From Bdellovibrionales bacterium (lineage in GTDB: Bacteria; Bdellovibrionota; Bdellovibrionia; Bdellovibrionales; UBA1609), in NCBI GenBank assembly GCA_965203095.1, contig OZ241877.1, positions 1,024,001-1,088,000 of the forward strand: a stretch of 64,000 bases of DNA, in the 5' to 3' direction. The notes beneath the pieces are model-generated. The model had not been told where the DNA came from, ran no database searches, and worked only from the letters and a program-made list of their open reading frames with translations. The position numbers and the translations under genes were made by a program. Of the stretch, positions 37,211-46,360 are shown in pieces (position 1 is the stretch's first letter; the number at the start of each line of letters is the position of its first letter).

Positions 37211-37942
37211 TTACAAAGAGACCTCTTCTAAAAATATTTGAGAAAAAGGAGAAGGCTCAGGAATGGATTTTTTAAACTCTAAAGCCTTTTGTTTTGAAGG
37301 GAAAGGCCCTAAATAAACACGAACATGGCCACTGTGGGCTTTTATCAAAAAACTCCATAGAGGGTAAAATTTTTTCATCTCCTGAATATAATCCAAAGCC
37401 TTTTCCTGTTCAGAAAACACATCAATAAGAAAGCTGAACTTCCCATCTATTGTAAAAAATTTTTGATTTCCCGCAATTTTAATAAGTTGTGCACGATTTT
37501 TTTTGTCATATTCCTCTTGCAGTTTTTGCCACTCAAAGTTCTCCATTTTTTCCGGAGGAGGTAGTGAAGGGTTGAGGACAGCTGGTGCCGGATCCATCTT
37601 TTTTTGAGGAGGAGGAAGGTTTTTAATAGGGGCTAATTTTACTGGCCGAGGTTTAAATGGGCTATTTTCCCCTTTTATTGAGGAAGTTCCTTTAATAAAA
37701 GAATCCATTTTATAAGGATCAAATAAAAACAAGATGTTATCCTTCATTTCTGTGAAAAATGCGGGGTTTTTCCCCTCTTTTGAGGGAGGAAGATTCTCCC
37801 TCCCTGGAACTAAAGAACTTGCCTTTAAATCAGTTTTTTTGGCCATTCCGCCGGGAATCACGAAAACAGCCGTCCCCCAACCTAAGAGAAAACTTACAAA
37901 ACAGAGCAAAAAAACAAACAGCACAGATGGTAAAAAACGCAT
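37211..37942 (-). CDS. SPOR-domain membrane protein
   Basis: N-terminal TM, Pro-rich linker, C-terminal VRVYLGPFPSKQKA. Likely start ATG 37942, 7 nt after TATAAT. Confidence 0.75.
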   Translation of the reverse strand: MRFLPSVLFVFLLCFVSFLLGWGTAVFVIPGGMAKKTDLKASSLVPGRENLPPSKEGKNPAFFTEMKDNILFLFDPYKMDSFIKGTSSIKGENSPFKPRPVKLAPIKNLPPPQKKMDPAPAVLNPSLPPPEKMENFEWQKLQEEYDKKNRAQLIKIAGNQKFFTIDGKFSFLIDVFSEQEKALDYIQEMKKFYPLWSFLIKAHSGHVRVYLGPFPSKQKALEFKKSIPEPSPFSQIFLEEVSL

Positions 37943-38098
37943 TTTTGCTATTATACAAAAAAGAGGATTAGACTCAACGGGTTTTTCCACTAATAGGCTT
38001 GAAAAAACAATGTTTTTAAGCTGGATTCTGCTCTTGACAAAAAAAGCCCTCTAATGTATGCAAACACAGTCAATTAACCATCTATCAACTTGTGAGCA

Positions 38099-39007
38099 AT
38101 GAGATCTATCCGATCCTTTTTTAAAATTTATTGCCAGCTCAGCAAAATAGGCATTGTTCTTTTTGCCCTTTTGACAGCAGGTTTAGCTTATATTTTGTCA
38201 TGTCAAAATTTTTCTTCAATCTCTTGGTCCCAGTTGAGCTTTTTTGTATTGGGTTTTTACATGGTTTGTAGTGCCGGCTTTATTTTGAATCAAGTTCAGG
38301 AGCGGGATTGGGACAGAAAAATGAAGCGAACCCAAAATCGCCCGATTCCCCTTGGCAAAATATCCCCTTTACAAGCTTACGGCTTATCCCTGTTCTTTTT
38401 ACTATTGGGCTTATGGATTTTATTTTTGCTTAAGCCCCAGACCGCCTTATTGGCTTTGTTGGCAGTGGTGCTTTATAATGGTTTTTATACTTTATTTTGT
38501 AAGAAGTTTATGAAGTATGGGGCTGTTCCGGGGGCTTTGCCGGGGGCTTTGCCTCCAATAATAGGCTGGTCTCTTGGGGAAAGCAGTATTTATAGTGCTC
38601 CTTGTGCTTATTTGTTTTTGCTTTTGTTTTTATGGCAACTGCCTCATTTTTGGAGTTTGTCTCTTCATTACAAAGAAGATTATAAAAAAGCGGGTTGGCC
38701 TATGTTAGCTGTTTTGTCTGCCAGATCAAAAACACTCTATTATATTGGGCTTTACCTTTTAGCTTATATTGGACTGGCTTTGATTTCCCCTTTATTTTTG
38801 CCTGCTGGCTGGTTGTATATGTTTTTGATAGTCCCTTTAGCTTTTATGCTTTTGTATCAATTTTATAAATATATGAAAAATCCCACCCGATGGCTTAAGT
38901 TTTTTTTGTGGGTGAATGCCAGCATTATTGTCTATTTTGCCGTTCCTGTTTTGGATCGTTGGATTTTTTATTATTTTACTCATTGGCAAGTTTTTCATGG
39001 AACATAG
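38099..39007 (+). CDS. ctaB: Protoheme IX farnesyltransferase (heme O synthase)
   Basis: NQVQERDWDRKMKRTQNRPIP, GALPGALPPIIGW, WQLPHFWSL, EDYKKAG. Confidence 0.93.
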   Translation: MRSIRSFFKIYCQLSKIGIVLFALLTAGLAYILSCQNFSSISWSQLSFFVLGFYMVCSAGFILNQVQERDWDRKMKRTQNRPIPLGKISPLQAYGLSLFFLLLGLWILFLLKPQTALLALLAVVLYNGFYTLFCKKFMKYGAVPGALPGALPPIIGWSLGESSIYSAPCAYLFLLLFLWQLPHFWSLSLHYKEDYKKAGWPMLAVLSARSKTLYYIGLYLLAYIGLALISPLFLPAGWLYMFLIVPLAFMLLYQFYKYMKNPTRWLKFFLWVNASIIVYFAVPVLDRWIFYYFTHWQVFHGT

Positions 39008-39114
39008 CAGACAACAAAAAAGCTTCTTATACTGATTACATTTGAGATTTCCGGTCAAAACAGAATAGAGAAAGCAGGAATTTTTAAACAAAATCAGTAT
39101 AAAATATTTATGCC

Positions 39115-39693
39115 TTATTTTTTTAAAGAAGAGTGGTAATTAACAGAGTGTAAAAACTCTGGTTTGGGCATAATCCTTCTTATCTCCCCTGTCCAAGGAT
39201 GAGTTTTACAATCCATCATTTTCCAATAGCCACTATCCTTAGGTCTTGTGTTTTTTGGCACGATGGCTTCGGTATAGGAAAACCAGTTTAATTCCTCTTT
39301 TGAAAGCGATCCCCCACGAGAAAAAGTTTTGTCATTTCTTTTTTTTCTAAATGTATAAATGGCAACTATTCCATTTTCAGATGAATATTTAAGCATTTTT
39401 TCAAAACAAAGTCCGGCCCCATTTTTTTCTCTGTTGAAAAACATATTTCTTTCTTGAGACGAGAGATAAATCATACAAGCATAAGGTAAGCTCGTCCATT
39501 TGTAAAGTCCAAGAGTAAACATAAGTTCGTCTTTTTTAAAAGCACCAAAAATACAAGGGAAAGGAGAAGATCTAAAATAAGCAGATAAATTATCATTAGG
39601 ATCATATAATAAAGGTTTATTTTTTATAAACTCTATAAACTGGGCTTTATGCTTTTCACTTAAGCGAATAACCGATAATTCTTTTTTGCTCAT
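39115..39693 (-). CDS. Hypothetical protein, possibly a remote GNAT-like fold
   Basis: IFGAFKKDELMFTL and KNGAGLCFEKMLKYSSENG loosely recall GNAT motifs. ATGA-coupled to the upstream gene. Confidence 0.55.
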   Translation of the reverse strand: MSKKELSVIRLSEKHKAQFIEFIKNKPLLYDPNDNLSAYFRSSPFPCIFGAFKKDELMFTLGLYKWTSLPYACMIYLSSQERNMFFNREKNGAGLCFEKMLKYSSENGIVAIYTFRKKRNDKTFSRGGSLSKEELNWFSYTEAIVPKNTRPKDSGYWKMMDCKTHPWTGEIRRIMPKPEFLHSVNYHSSLKK

Positions 39694-40601
39694 TGGATTA
39701 GCACTCCTTCCCTCTTTATTTTTTCTGCCAAGGATAGGGCAGGGTAGTAGAGGATTTGGTTTTTATTTAATGGGTTTTTAGAAAATTTTGCTCTAAACAC
39801 GGCATCTTCTTTTTGCAGGTTTTCAAACCCTGTTTGTTTCTCCCTTATTTTTAAGCCAAAATGTTTATAGTAAAATTGGCTTTTGTATTTCATAAAATCA
39901 AAATAATCTCCAGGAGCTTTTAAAAGGGATTGAGTTAAGGGATCTTTTAGTTGGGAATAAATGATTTCTACTGTTGCGGAAAAGAAATGAACAAAAGCGG
40001 GCATTCTTTTTTTATAAAAAAACTTAGGCCAAGCATAAAATTTTTCCTCCTCTTCCATAAACCATAATTCACCCCCCCCCCCCCCATATTTGAAGTAAAG
40101 ATCTCCCCCTCCAAGAACAACAAAACCCTCCAGCTTTTCACTAACAATTAGAGGCAAGATCAGTTGTGGAGAAGCGGTTTGAGACATTTCAGAAACTCTT
40201 TCTCCATCGAATTTCCATTTTTGAACAGGATCTAATTCTATGACTTTAGGCTTTAGTTTTTCTGAATCACAAAATTCATAAGCGAACCGCAAATCATATT
40301 CATTGTGCCCGCCTGAATATTTTAAAATAATGGGTTGGAAATCTGCTTTTACCTCTTTTAAAGAAAGAGCTATGGCGGAGCTGTCTATACCTCCAGATAA
40401 AAAAAGTAAAATACTTTGTCCTTTAGCCAGTTTTTTTATGTGAGCGGCCAGGCCCAAGCATTCTGTCCGCCAATCTTTAACTGGCCTTTTAATTGGAGGG
40501 ATATAGATTTGAAGTTTGTCGGAAGGCGATTTTCTTCTCATTTCACCATGGGGTTCATAAAAGAAGAAGGGATCTGTTTTTGAGGTCGAAGGCTTAAGCA
40601 T
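39690..40601 (-). CDS. Asparagine-synthetase C-terminal-like / PP-loop ATPase
   Basis: LFLSGGIDSSAI (SGGxDS PP-loop), VVLGGGD, REKQTGFE. No glutaminase domain. Likely start ATG 40601. Confidence 0.75.
   Translation of the reverse strand: MLKPSTSKTDPFFFYEPHGEMRRKSPSDKLQIYIPPIKRPVKDWRTECLGLAAHIKKLAKGQSILLFLSGGIDSSAIALSLKEVKADFQPIILKYSGGHNEYDLRFAYEFCDSEKLKPKVIELDPVQKWKFDGERVSEMSQTASPQLILPLIVSEKLEGFVVLGGGDLYFKYGGGGGELWFMEEEEKFYAWPKFFYKKRMPAFVHFFSATVEIIYSQLKDPLTQSLLKAPGDYFDFMKYKSQFYYKHFGLKIREKQTGFENLQKEDAVFRAKFSKNPLNKNQILYYPALSLAEKIKREGVLIQ
40072..40085 (-). repeat. G14 homopolymer (C14 on +) inside the PP-loop gene
   Basis: 14 consecutive C at 40072-40085, encoding GGGGG, currently in frame. 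Confidence 0.9.
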
Positions 40602-40626
40602 AATTTGTGAAAACCTAAAAATAGCA

Positions 40627-41076
40627 TTATATTTTTTTAAACATATAAAGATGAGGGCCATACTCAAATTGTTTTGTTATCCCACAATCTTTCATCCCTA
40701 CAGATAAATAAAAAGCCTTTTTAGAATGCCGGCATAAGCCCCAAAGGCTTGATCCTCCTCTCTTTTTGGCTTCTTTTTCCACCTCAAAAAAAAGCCGAGA
40801 GCCTAAGCCCTGTCTCCTGAAATTTTTAAAACAATATAAACCCCTAAAGCGAAACTCATGAGGGCGAGTCCTTTGGCCACTCACCACCCCAACAGTTTGC
40901 CCTTCCTTTTCCATTTTTAGAAAAAAAGCCTCATGGGATTTATAACTCATATCTATCCCCCCTTTAAAAAGAAGAGCACTTGTGGCTTCAATAGGACTTT
41001 CCCTCTCCGGCCAAAGATTATTCCTCCAGATAGGGAAAACTATTGAAAAATCAGTTGCGGAAACAACATATTGCAC
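40627..41076 (-). CDS. GNAT family N-acetyltransferase
   Basis: VGVVSG, RFRGLYCFKNFRRQGLGSRL (acetyl-CoA motif A), AFYLSVGM. TTGACT-17-TATAAA lies 5 nt before the GTG. Confidence 0.88.
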   Translation of the reverse strand: MQYVVSATDFSIVFPIWRNNLWPERESPIEATSALLFKGGIDMSYKSHEAFFLKMEKEGQTVGVVSGQRTRPHEFRFRGLYCFKNFRRQGLGSRLFFEVEKEAKKRGGSSLWGLCRHSKKAFYLSVGMKDCGITKQFEYGPHLYMFKKI

Positions 41077-41219
41077 AGCTCTTTATATCAAAATTAATGG
41101 AATCAGTCAATTCCTCTTAATAAAAAAGCCCAAGTCCGGGCAAATATATATAAAATAATGAAAATTTGGCAAAAAATCCTTGATTGTCTTTAAGCTTTTG
41201 TCTTACTATTCGATAAGTT

Positions 41220-41384
41220 ATGAGCAAATCTGTAAATAAATTAACAAGAAAAAAGTATTTCCAAATAAAAGAGGTGGAAAGGCTTTATAAAACAATTCAT
41301 AAATACAATTTAAGGCTAATAGCTTATAAAAAGTTATTACAGCTGTATATACAATTTAAAAAAAATCAATGCGATAATAGCTAA
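41220..41384 (+). CDS. Small basic hypothetical protein (54 aa, below ORF-track cutoff)
   Basis: MSKSVNKLTRKKYFQIKEVERLYKTIHKYNLRLIAYKKLLQLYIQFKKNQCDNS. TTGATT-18-TACTAT promoter-like element ends 10 nt upstream. Confidence 0.55.
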   Translation: MSKSVNKLTRKKYFQIKEVERLYKTIHKYNLRLIAYKKLLQLYIQFKKNQCDNS

Positions 41385-41621
41385 TCTGTCAACAAAAATT
41401 TCTTGAAAGTTTTAAGCTTTGATCTGTCCATTGATTTTAACATTTATTATGACAATAGTAGAGATAATCCTGTAAATCCCGATCCAAAAAGAACAGTGTC
41501 TTTCGGTCCCTTTACCAGTGAAAATGAAATGCATGACTGTTATTTCTCTTTTCTTGTTCCTTCTGATTCTCAAGATCACTTATTATGGATTATGAAATAG
41601 TCCTCTGTAAAACCAGATTCT

Positions 41622-42131
41622 CTATCCTATAGAACGATTTTCTAAACGGGAAAAATACTGAACTTCAACTGTCAAATTCTTGCCTAAGGCTAAAGGATGG
41701 AAATATCCTTTGCCACTAAAAAATATTCTTTTTTTGTTGGGTTTTTGCCATTTTTCTGTTGTCAAAAAATGTTCTTGTTTATAGTTTTCCTCATTTTCCT
41801 TTAGAAAACGATCATGAATGGCTTTGTTTTTAAAAAGCAATGTCCAAAAATGATGCTCATTAAGAGTCCATCTTTTTTCACTAAGAATGGCCGAGTTCTT
41901 TTTATAGTGCTGGACCAACCGGTTTTCTCTTTCAAAATCATAAATACGAGACATCAAATCTTTATATTTTTTATTTTTATAAGGAAATTTTACCTTCATA
42001 TTGAAAGAACAAAACCCTGATTCAAAATCTCCCCCTTGAGCTATTGCTGGTGAAAGCCCTTTTAAAAGCCCGCTAAAAAATCCCAAAATAAGAAATCGCA
42101 ATAAAAAAAATCTTCTTGTTATGCTTTTCAT
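41622..42131 (-). CDS. Hypothetical protein with twin-arginine (Tat) signal
   Basis: ITRRFFLL...SPAIA|Q N-terminus. Confidence 0.6.
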   Translation of the reverse strand: MKSITRRFFLLRFLILGFFSGLLKGLSPAIAQGGDFESGFCSFNMKVKFPYKNKKYKDLMSRIYDFERENRLVQHYKKNSAILSEKRWTLNEHHFWTLLFKNKAIHDRFLKENEENYKQEHFLTTEKWQKPNKKRIFFSGKGYFHPLALGKNLTVEVQYFSRLENRSIG

Positions 42132-42291
42132 AATTATCTTTTATGGTTTAAAATAAAACTTAAAAGCATCTTACACCAAAAACTTCCTTTATGAAAGAAA
42201 AAAATGCAAAATTTTGTAGTAGAAAGCTCTTTACTCATAAATTTTGCGATTATCTTTCCTGATTCAACTCTGCCCACAACGGGTTGAGGAT

Positions 42292-42897
42292 TTATTTCAG
42301 GCATGAAATTTCTTTATGGATTATTTTTGTCACAGTTTCAAAATAAAAAGCTTTCTCCATTTTTTTGACTCTTTTTTCTAACTCTAAGGCCGACTCTCCT
42401 TTTTTCACAGCTATTTTTTTTTGAGCTAAAACCCTGCCCTCATCATAATTTTTATTAACAATGTGAATGCTTACCCCAGTATAGCTTTTTTGTGCTTGAA
42501 TTACTGCTTGATGAACTTTTGAACCATACATCCCTGGCCCGGAAAATTCCGGCAGTAAAGAAGGGTGAGAGTTAATGATTTGATTGGGGAATTGACTAAG
42601 GACTAGGGGCCCAATTTTTTTTAGAAAGCCGGCTAAAAGGATGAGATGGGGTTTGTAAGACAGTAGAATTTGGCAAAGCTCTTGATCCCAAAGTTTAAAA
42701 TTTTTGTTTTTGCATTCCACTATATGGGCGGGCCGGTTAAATTTTTTAGCCACAGACAGAACTCCGGAGTGAGGATTTTCTGTGACAAGGGCTTGAATTT
42801 GAAAGTTCTTTTCCCCTTCTGAAATCGCTTTTTCACAAAAAAACTCTATGGTAGAGGCTTTTCCTGATCCTAAGGCCACAATAGGATGACAACTCAT
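42292..42897 (-). CDS. purN: Phosphoribosylglycinamide formyltransferase
   Basis: LILLAGFLKK, IINSHPSLLPEFSGPGMYG, TGVSIHIV, YDEG. Confidence 0.88.
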   Translation of the reverse strand: MSCHPIVALGSGKASTIEFFCEKAISEGEKNFQIQALVTENPHSGVLSVAKKFNRPAHIVECKNKNFKLWDQELCQILLSYKPHLILLAGFLKKIGPLVLSQFPNQIINSHPSLLPEFSGPGMYGSKVHQAVIQAQKSYTGVSIHIVNKNYDEGRVLAQKKIAVKKGESALELEKRVKKMEKAFYFETVTKIIHKEISCLK

Positions 42898-42960
42898 AAA
42901 AAAAGACTATTTCACAATAGTAGCAAAAGTCCATCTCTAACCTAAGTCCCTTATGAAAAC

Positions 42961-43010
42961 TCGTCTTTCCCTCTCAGCATACCCCTGTGAAAGCAGAGGG
43001 CAGGAATCCA
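42961..43010 (+). repeat. Possible degenerate REP-like element
   Basis: tcgtctttccc...cctgtgaaagcagagggcaggaatcca resembles GTCATTCCCGCG-aaa-GCGGGAATCCA-type repeats. Single copy in the window. Confidence 0.3.
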
Positions 43011-43036
43011 TACCAAAACAGCAAAAAAATATTTTT

Positions 43037-43063
43037 TAAGTTTTCTTGTCAATGAGCCGATAA
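43037..43063 (+). promoter_or_regulatory. Sigma28 (FliA) promoter
   Basis: TAAG-N15-GCCGATAA, a near-perfect consensus, ending 5 nt before ATG 43069. Confidence 0.72.
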
Positions 43064-43068
43064 AGGTA

Positions 43069-43752
43069 ATGATGAAATATTTTTTCAGCTTTTTTTTAGC
43101 TGTTCTTTTTTTAAGCTGTGACAAAAATGTCAGTGTGGGTGGAGGCTTGACAAAAATGCCAAATCGTATCCTCGTCACTACAACCCCTCCTGCCACAGTC
43201 CAACACATTGTTTATGGAAATCATTTTCAAGTTCAAAACAGCTCTGTATATCAAAGCCTGTTGGAAACCTGCCGGCGATGTGGAGCCAAGCGATTTCAGA
43301 CAGATGCTTTTGGAAGAACCACTTATCAGAGGATTTATGCCTTCCGGTCCAACCCCAAACGGTGCGAAAGCTGGCTGAAGAAGGGCTATCTACAAATCAC
43401 ATTTGCGGAAAACAAACTGCCGAGCCAAGCCTCCGTTTTGATTCAGCCCCAATACACTGTCGCCGGAAGCTCTACATTTTGGGGAGAGCCTTTTGAACTC
43501 AAGACTACAGCCCAGCCCATCAATCAAAATAAAGGCTTTCAAATTTTAATCAATCCCTCAGATGGATTGGGTGGGGCCCATGCTTTAAATGTCTATTCCG
43601 ACAGCTCTAACCATATCAATAACTCTGAATTGCATGTGACAGTCACTTTTGGAGCGGGAAGAGGGCAGTCCATTATCTCTAAACCACTGGCAAAACTGTC
43701 AAAAAAAGCTGTTCCAGTGGCCAATTATGATTGTAGCACTTACACAAACTGA
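43069..43752 (+). CDS. Hypothetical lipoprotein
   Basis: Lipobox LFLSC, a CxxC motif and further Cys. Confidence 0.72.
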   Translation: MMKYFFSFFLAVLFLSCDKNVSVGGGLTKMPNRILVTTTPPATVQHIVYGNHFQVQNSSVYQSLLETCRRCGAKRFQTDAFGRTTYQRIYAFRSNPKRCESWLKKGYLQITFAENKLPSQASVLIQPQYTVAGSSTFWGEPFELKTTAQPINQNKGFQILINPSDGLGGAHALNVYSDSSNHINNSELHVTVTFGAGRGQSIISKPLAKLSKKAVPVANYDCSTYTN

Positions 43753-43972
43753 CTTTTTTGGCTTAAAAAGCCCCCCAATGTGGCTTTTTTTAAAAAAATC
43801 CCTTGATTTCCTGATAAAATTGTCAAAAATAGGGCTTTGAATTGGTTTTGTTTGAATTTTCACGAGCTTTCATTCTCAAAAGGCTGAAAAGTCTTGAATG
43901 AGCCTTGGGGGAATAAACCGGGATTTTTTAAACAAAACCAGAAAATAACATTAACAAAAAGAGGAGTCATAA

Positions 43973-44245
43973 ATGAACAAATCAGAAATTGTAAGTGCCA
44001 TTGCGGCTAAAACCAATTTATCCAAAGCCAAAGTGGATGAAGTGGTCTCTTGTTTTTTTGAAACAGTCAAAACCGCTGTGAAAAGAAAAAAAAGTGTAAA
44101 GCTTATTGGTTTTGGCACTTTTTCATCCAGTGAGAGGAAAGCAAGAACAGGGCGTAATCCTCAGACAGGGGATAAAATACAAATCCCTTTCTGTCATTAT
44201 CCAAGATTTAAGCCCGGCAAAGAATTTAAAGATTATTTGAATTGA
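43973..44245 (+). CDS. hup: DNA-binding protein HU
   Basis: MNKSEIV, VKLIGFGTF, RKARTGRNPQTG, PRFKPGKEFKD. RBS gaggag. Confidence 0.95.
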   Translation: MNKSEIVSAIAAKTNLSKAKVDEVVSCFFETVKTAVKRKKSVKLIGFGTFSSSERKARTGRNPQTGDKIQIPFCHYPRFKPGKEFKDYLN

Positions 44246-44322
44246 TAAGCCCTTAGGTTTTCTAAAACTTCAGTTTTAAATTTCTTTCTTGCCTGCTAAA
44301 AAACAAGACGGGAAGACGACTA

Positions 44323-44832
44323 ATGACAAAAAGCTTTTGGCTAAGCTTGGCTATAGTGGGCTTGACTGGTTTTTTGCCTGCCTGCTCATCCATTAAGAAA
44401 AAAGCTTTAAGCTTTTACTTGGGCCGTTTTCAGGATCAAAAGGCTGAGGAGATCCATTTTATTCCTCCTTCTGCTCCTTATAAAAAACAAAGCCATCCCG
44501 TTTTGGATGGCTTTTATTGGAATGCTTTAACTAAAAGCTCTATTTCGTATTTTTCTAACTGCTCCAAAGTCCAAAAAACTTTGGAGGAATTTCAAAAAGA
44601 TTCGTTCCCCCAAACAACCCCTTATAAGCTTCTCAAACAACTGAAGGACAAAAATGGCTTATATTCTATTTTGCAAATATCTAATTCTTCACAAGCTGTT
44701 TATAGTGGGGTTTGGACTATTCGCCAAAAAAAATGCCTGTTTAACATTAACTTAGTGGCTGGTTCTCTTATTTCTTTTGAAAAGGAGGAGCCGGTGTTTA
44801 AAAAATTTGTCAAAAGCTTTCGATCTCAATGA
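44323..44832 (+). CDS. Hypothetical lipoprotein, first gene of the mla operon
   Basis: Lipobox LPAC. ATGA overlap with mlaE. Confidence 0.7.
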   Translation: MTKSFWLSLAIVGLTGFLPACSSIKKKALSFYLGRFQDQKAEEIHFIPPSAPYKKQSHPVLDGFYWNALTKSSISYFSNCSKVQKTLEEFQKDSFPQTTPYKLLKQLKDKNGLYSILQISNSSQAVYSGVWTIRQKKCLFNINLVAGSLISFEKEEPVFKKFVKSFRSQ

Positions 44833-45608
44833 AACAGTCTCTTCAAGTTTTAAACCCTGCATGGCTTTTTGTTAAAAGTTTTTTGGCTTTATCTGGTTTG
44901 GTTTTTGCTCATTTTTGGAAACGGCCTTTTTACTATCGCCTCATCATTAAAAACATGTATGATTTTGGATACCGCTCCCTTTTTATCATTATTTCTTTTG
45001 GCATCACTATTGGTATTGTGCTCACTTTGCATATTGGGCTTTCTTTGGAAAAATACGGTGCTAAACTCTATGTCCCTAAGATCATAATTCTCTCTCTTTT
45101 TTCAGAGGTGGGAACTGTATTAGTGATTTTTGTTTTAGCGGGAAAGATTGGAGCAGGCATTACTTCTGAAATTGCCTCCATGAAAGTGACTGAACAGTTG
45201 GACGCTCTTAGAGCTTTAGCCGTTTCCCCCATTAAGAGGGTGATAGCCCCTAAGGTGATTGCTTGCCTTATTATCATACCTATTCTCTCCATCATTTTAA
45301 ACGGTATTGCTTTTTTAACCAGTGCCTATGTGGGAAAAGTAGAGCTACTCTTAGATCCTATCAATTTTTTAGCCAGAGGATTATACACGCCGACTTTAGC
45401 TTTTTTTCTTTTTGGAGTTTTTAAAACCATTGTATTTGCTTTTTTTATTGCTATCACATCTTGTCATTATGGCCTAAACATTACAAAAGGTTCTTACGAA
45501 GTGGGTCGGGCCACAATGAGGGCGGTTGTGGTCTCTTTTATTCTCATTATTTTTGGAGATCTTTTACTAACTAAATTTTATTATAGTTTTTTACATTTAT
45601 CTGGGTGA
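44829..45608 (+). CDS. mlaE: MlaE-family ABC transporter permease
   Basis: GKIGAGITSEIASMKVTEQLDALRAL, VGRATMRAVV. Confidence 0.92.
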   Translation: MKQSLQVLNPAWLFVKSFLALSGLVFAHFWKRPFYYRLIIKNMYDFGYRSLFIIISFGITIGIVLTLHIGLSLEKYGAKLYVPKIIILSLFSEVGTVLVIFVLAGKIGAGITSEIASMKVTEQLDALRALAVSPIKRVIAPKVIACLIIIPILSIILNGIAFLTSAYVGKVELLLDPINFLARGLYTPTLAFFLFGVFKTIVFAFFIAITSCHYGLNITKGSYEVGRATMRAVVVSFILIIFGDLLLTKFYYSFLHLSG

Positions 45609-45614
45609 AATAAA

Positions 45615-46355
45615 ATGAGCAAAGCCCTAATTGAATTTAAAAATTTTCATGTCGCTTATGGTGACAAAATGATTTTAAAGGATTTGAATTTCACTGTTCG
45701 TGAAAAAGAATGTTTTACTATTTTAGGAGAGTCGGGAGCGGGTAAAACCACACTCCTTCGCACTATCATTGGTTTAAAGAAACCTACTAAAGGGGAGGTG
45801 ATAGTGGAAGGGCAAAATATTGTGGAAATGAATGAAGACGAGCTGGCCCCTGTTAGAAAAAAGGTAGCCTATGCTTTTCAAAATGGGGCTTTGTTTGACT
45901 CAATGACTGTTTTTGAAAATCTGGCTTTTCCCCTTTTAGAACATAAAAAAATCCAAAAAAAAGCCCTTAAACAAAGAGTTCAAGCGGAACTAAAGGAGTT
46001 TGAATTGGCGGGAACACAAGATCTTTATCCCTCTGAACTTTCCGGAGGTATGAAAAAAAGAGTTGGCATTGCCCGTTGTATGATGTTAAAACCTAAAGTG
46101 ATACTTTACGATGAACCCACAGTGAGTTTAGACCCTTATAATACAGCTAACTTAGTTAAAACTATGATTAAATTAAAAAAAAAGGGCACGACTTCTGTTT
46201 TAGTGACTCACAATATGTCTGTAGCTCTTAAAATTTCCGATCGAATAGCCCTCCTATCAGACGGGAAAATTTCAGCTATTGGAACACCCAAAGCTATTGA
46301 AAAAGATTACAATGTTTTATTAAAAAACTTTATAGAAGGAGTTAAAGGAGGATAA
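45615..46355 (+). CDS. mlaF: MlaF-family ABC transporter ATPase
   Basis: GESGAGKT, FQNGALFDSMTV, ELSGGMKKRVGIAR, LYDEPT. Confidence 0.92.
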   Translation: MSKALIEFKNFHVAYGDKMILKDLNFTVREKECFTILGESGAGKTTLLRTIIGLKKPTKGEVIVEGQNIVEMNEDELAPVRKKVAYAFQNGALFDSMTVFENLAFPLLEHKKIQKKALKQRVQAELKEFELAGTQDLYPSELSGGMKKRVGIARCMMLKPKVILYDEPTVSLDPYNTANLVKTMIKLKKKGTTSVLVTHNMSVALKISDRIALLSDGKISAIGTPKAIEKDYNVLLKNFIEGVKGG

Positions 46356-46360
46356 GTAAT

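Noticed and set aside
39698..39706. CIRCE half-site TTAGCACTC
   Set aside because: No matching inverted half, and it lies inside a CDS. No full CIRCE was seen upstream of dnaK or groES.
41403..41600. 65-aa ORF
   Set aside because: TTG start, no RBS and no recognisable motif. It may be a gene fragment but I cannot support it.
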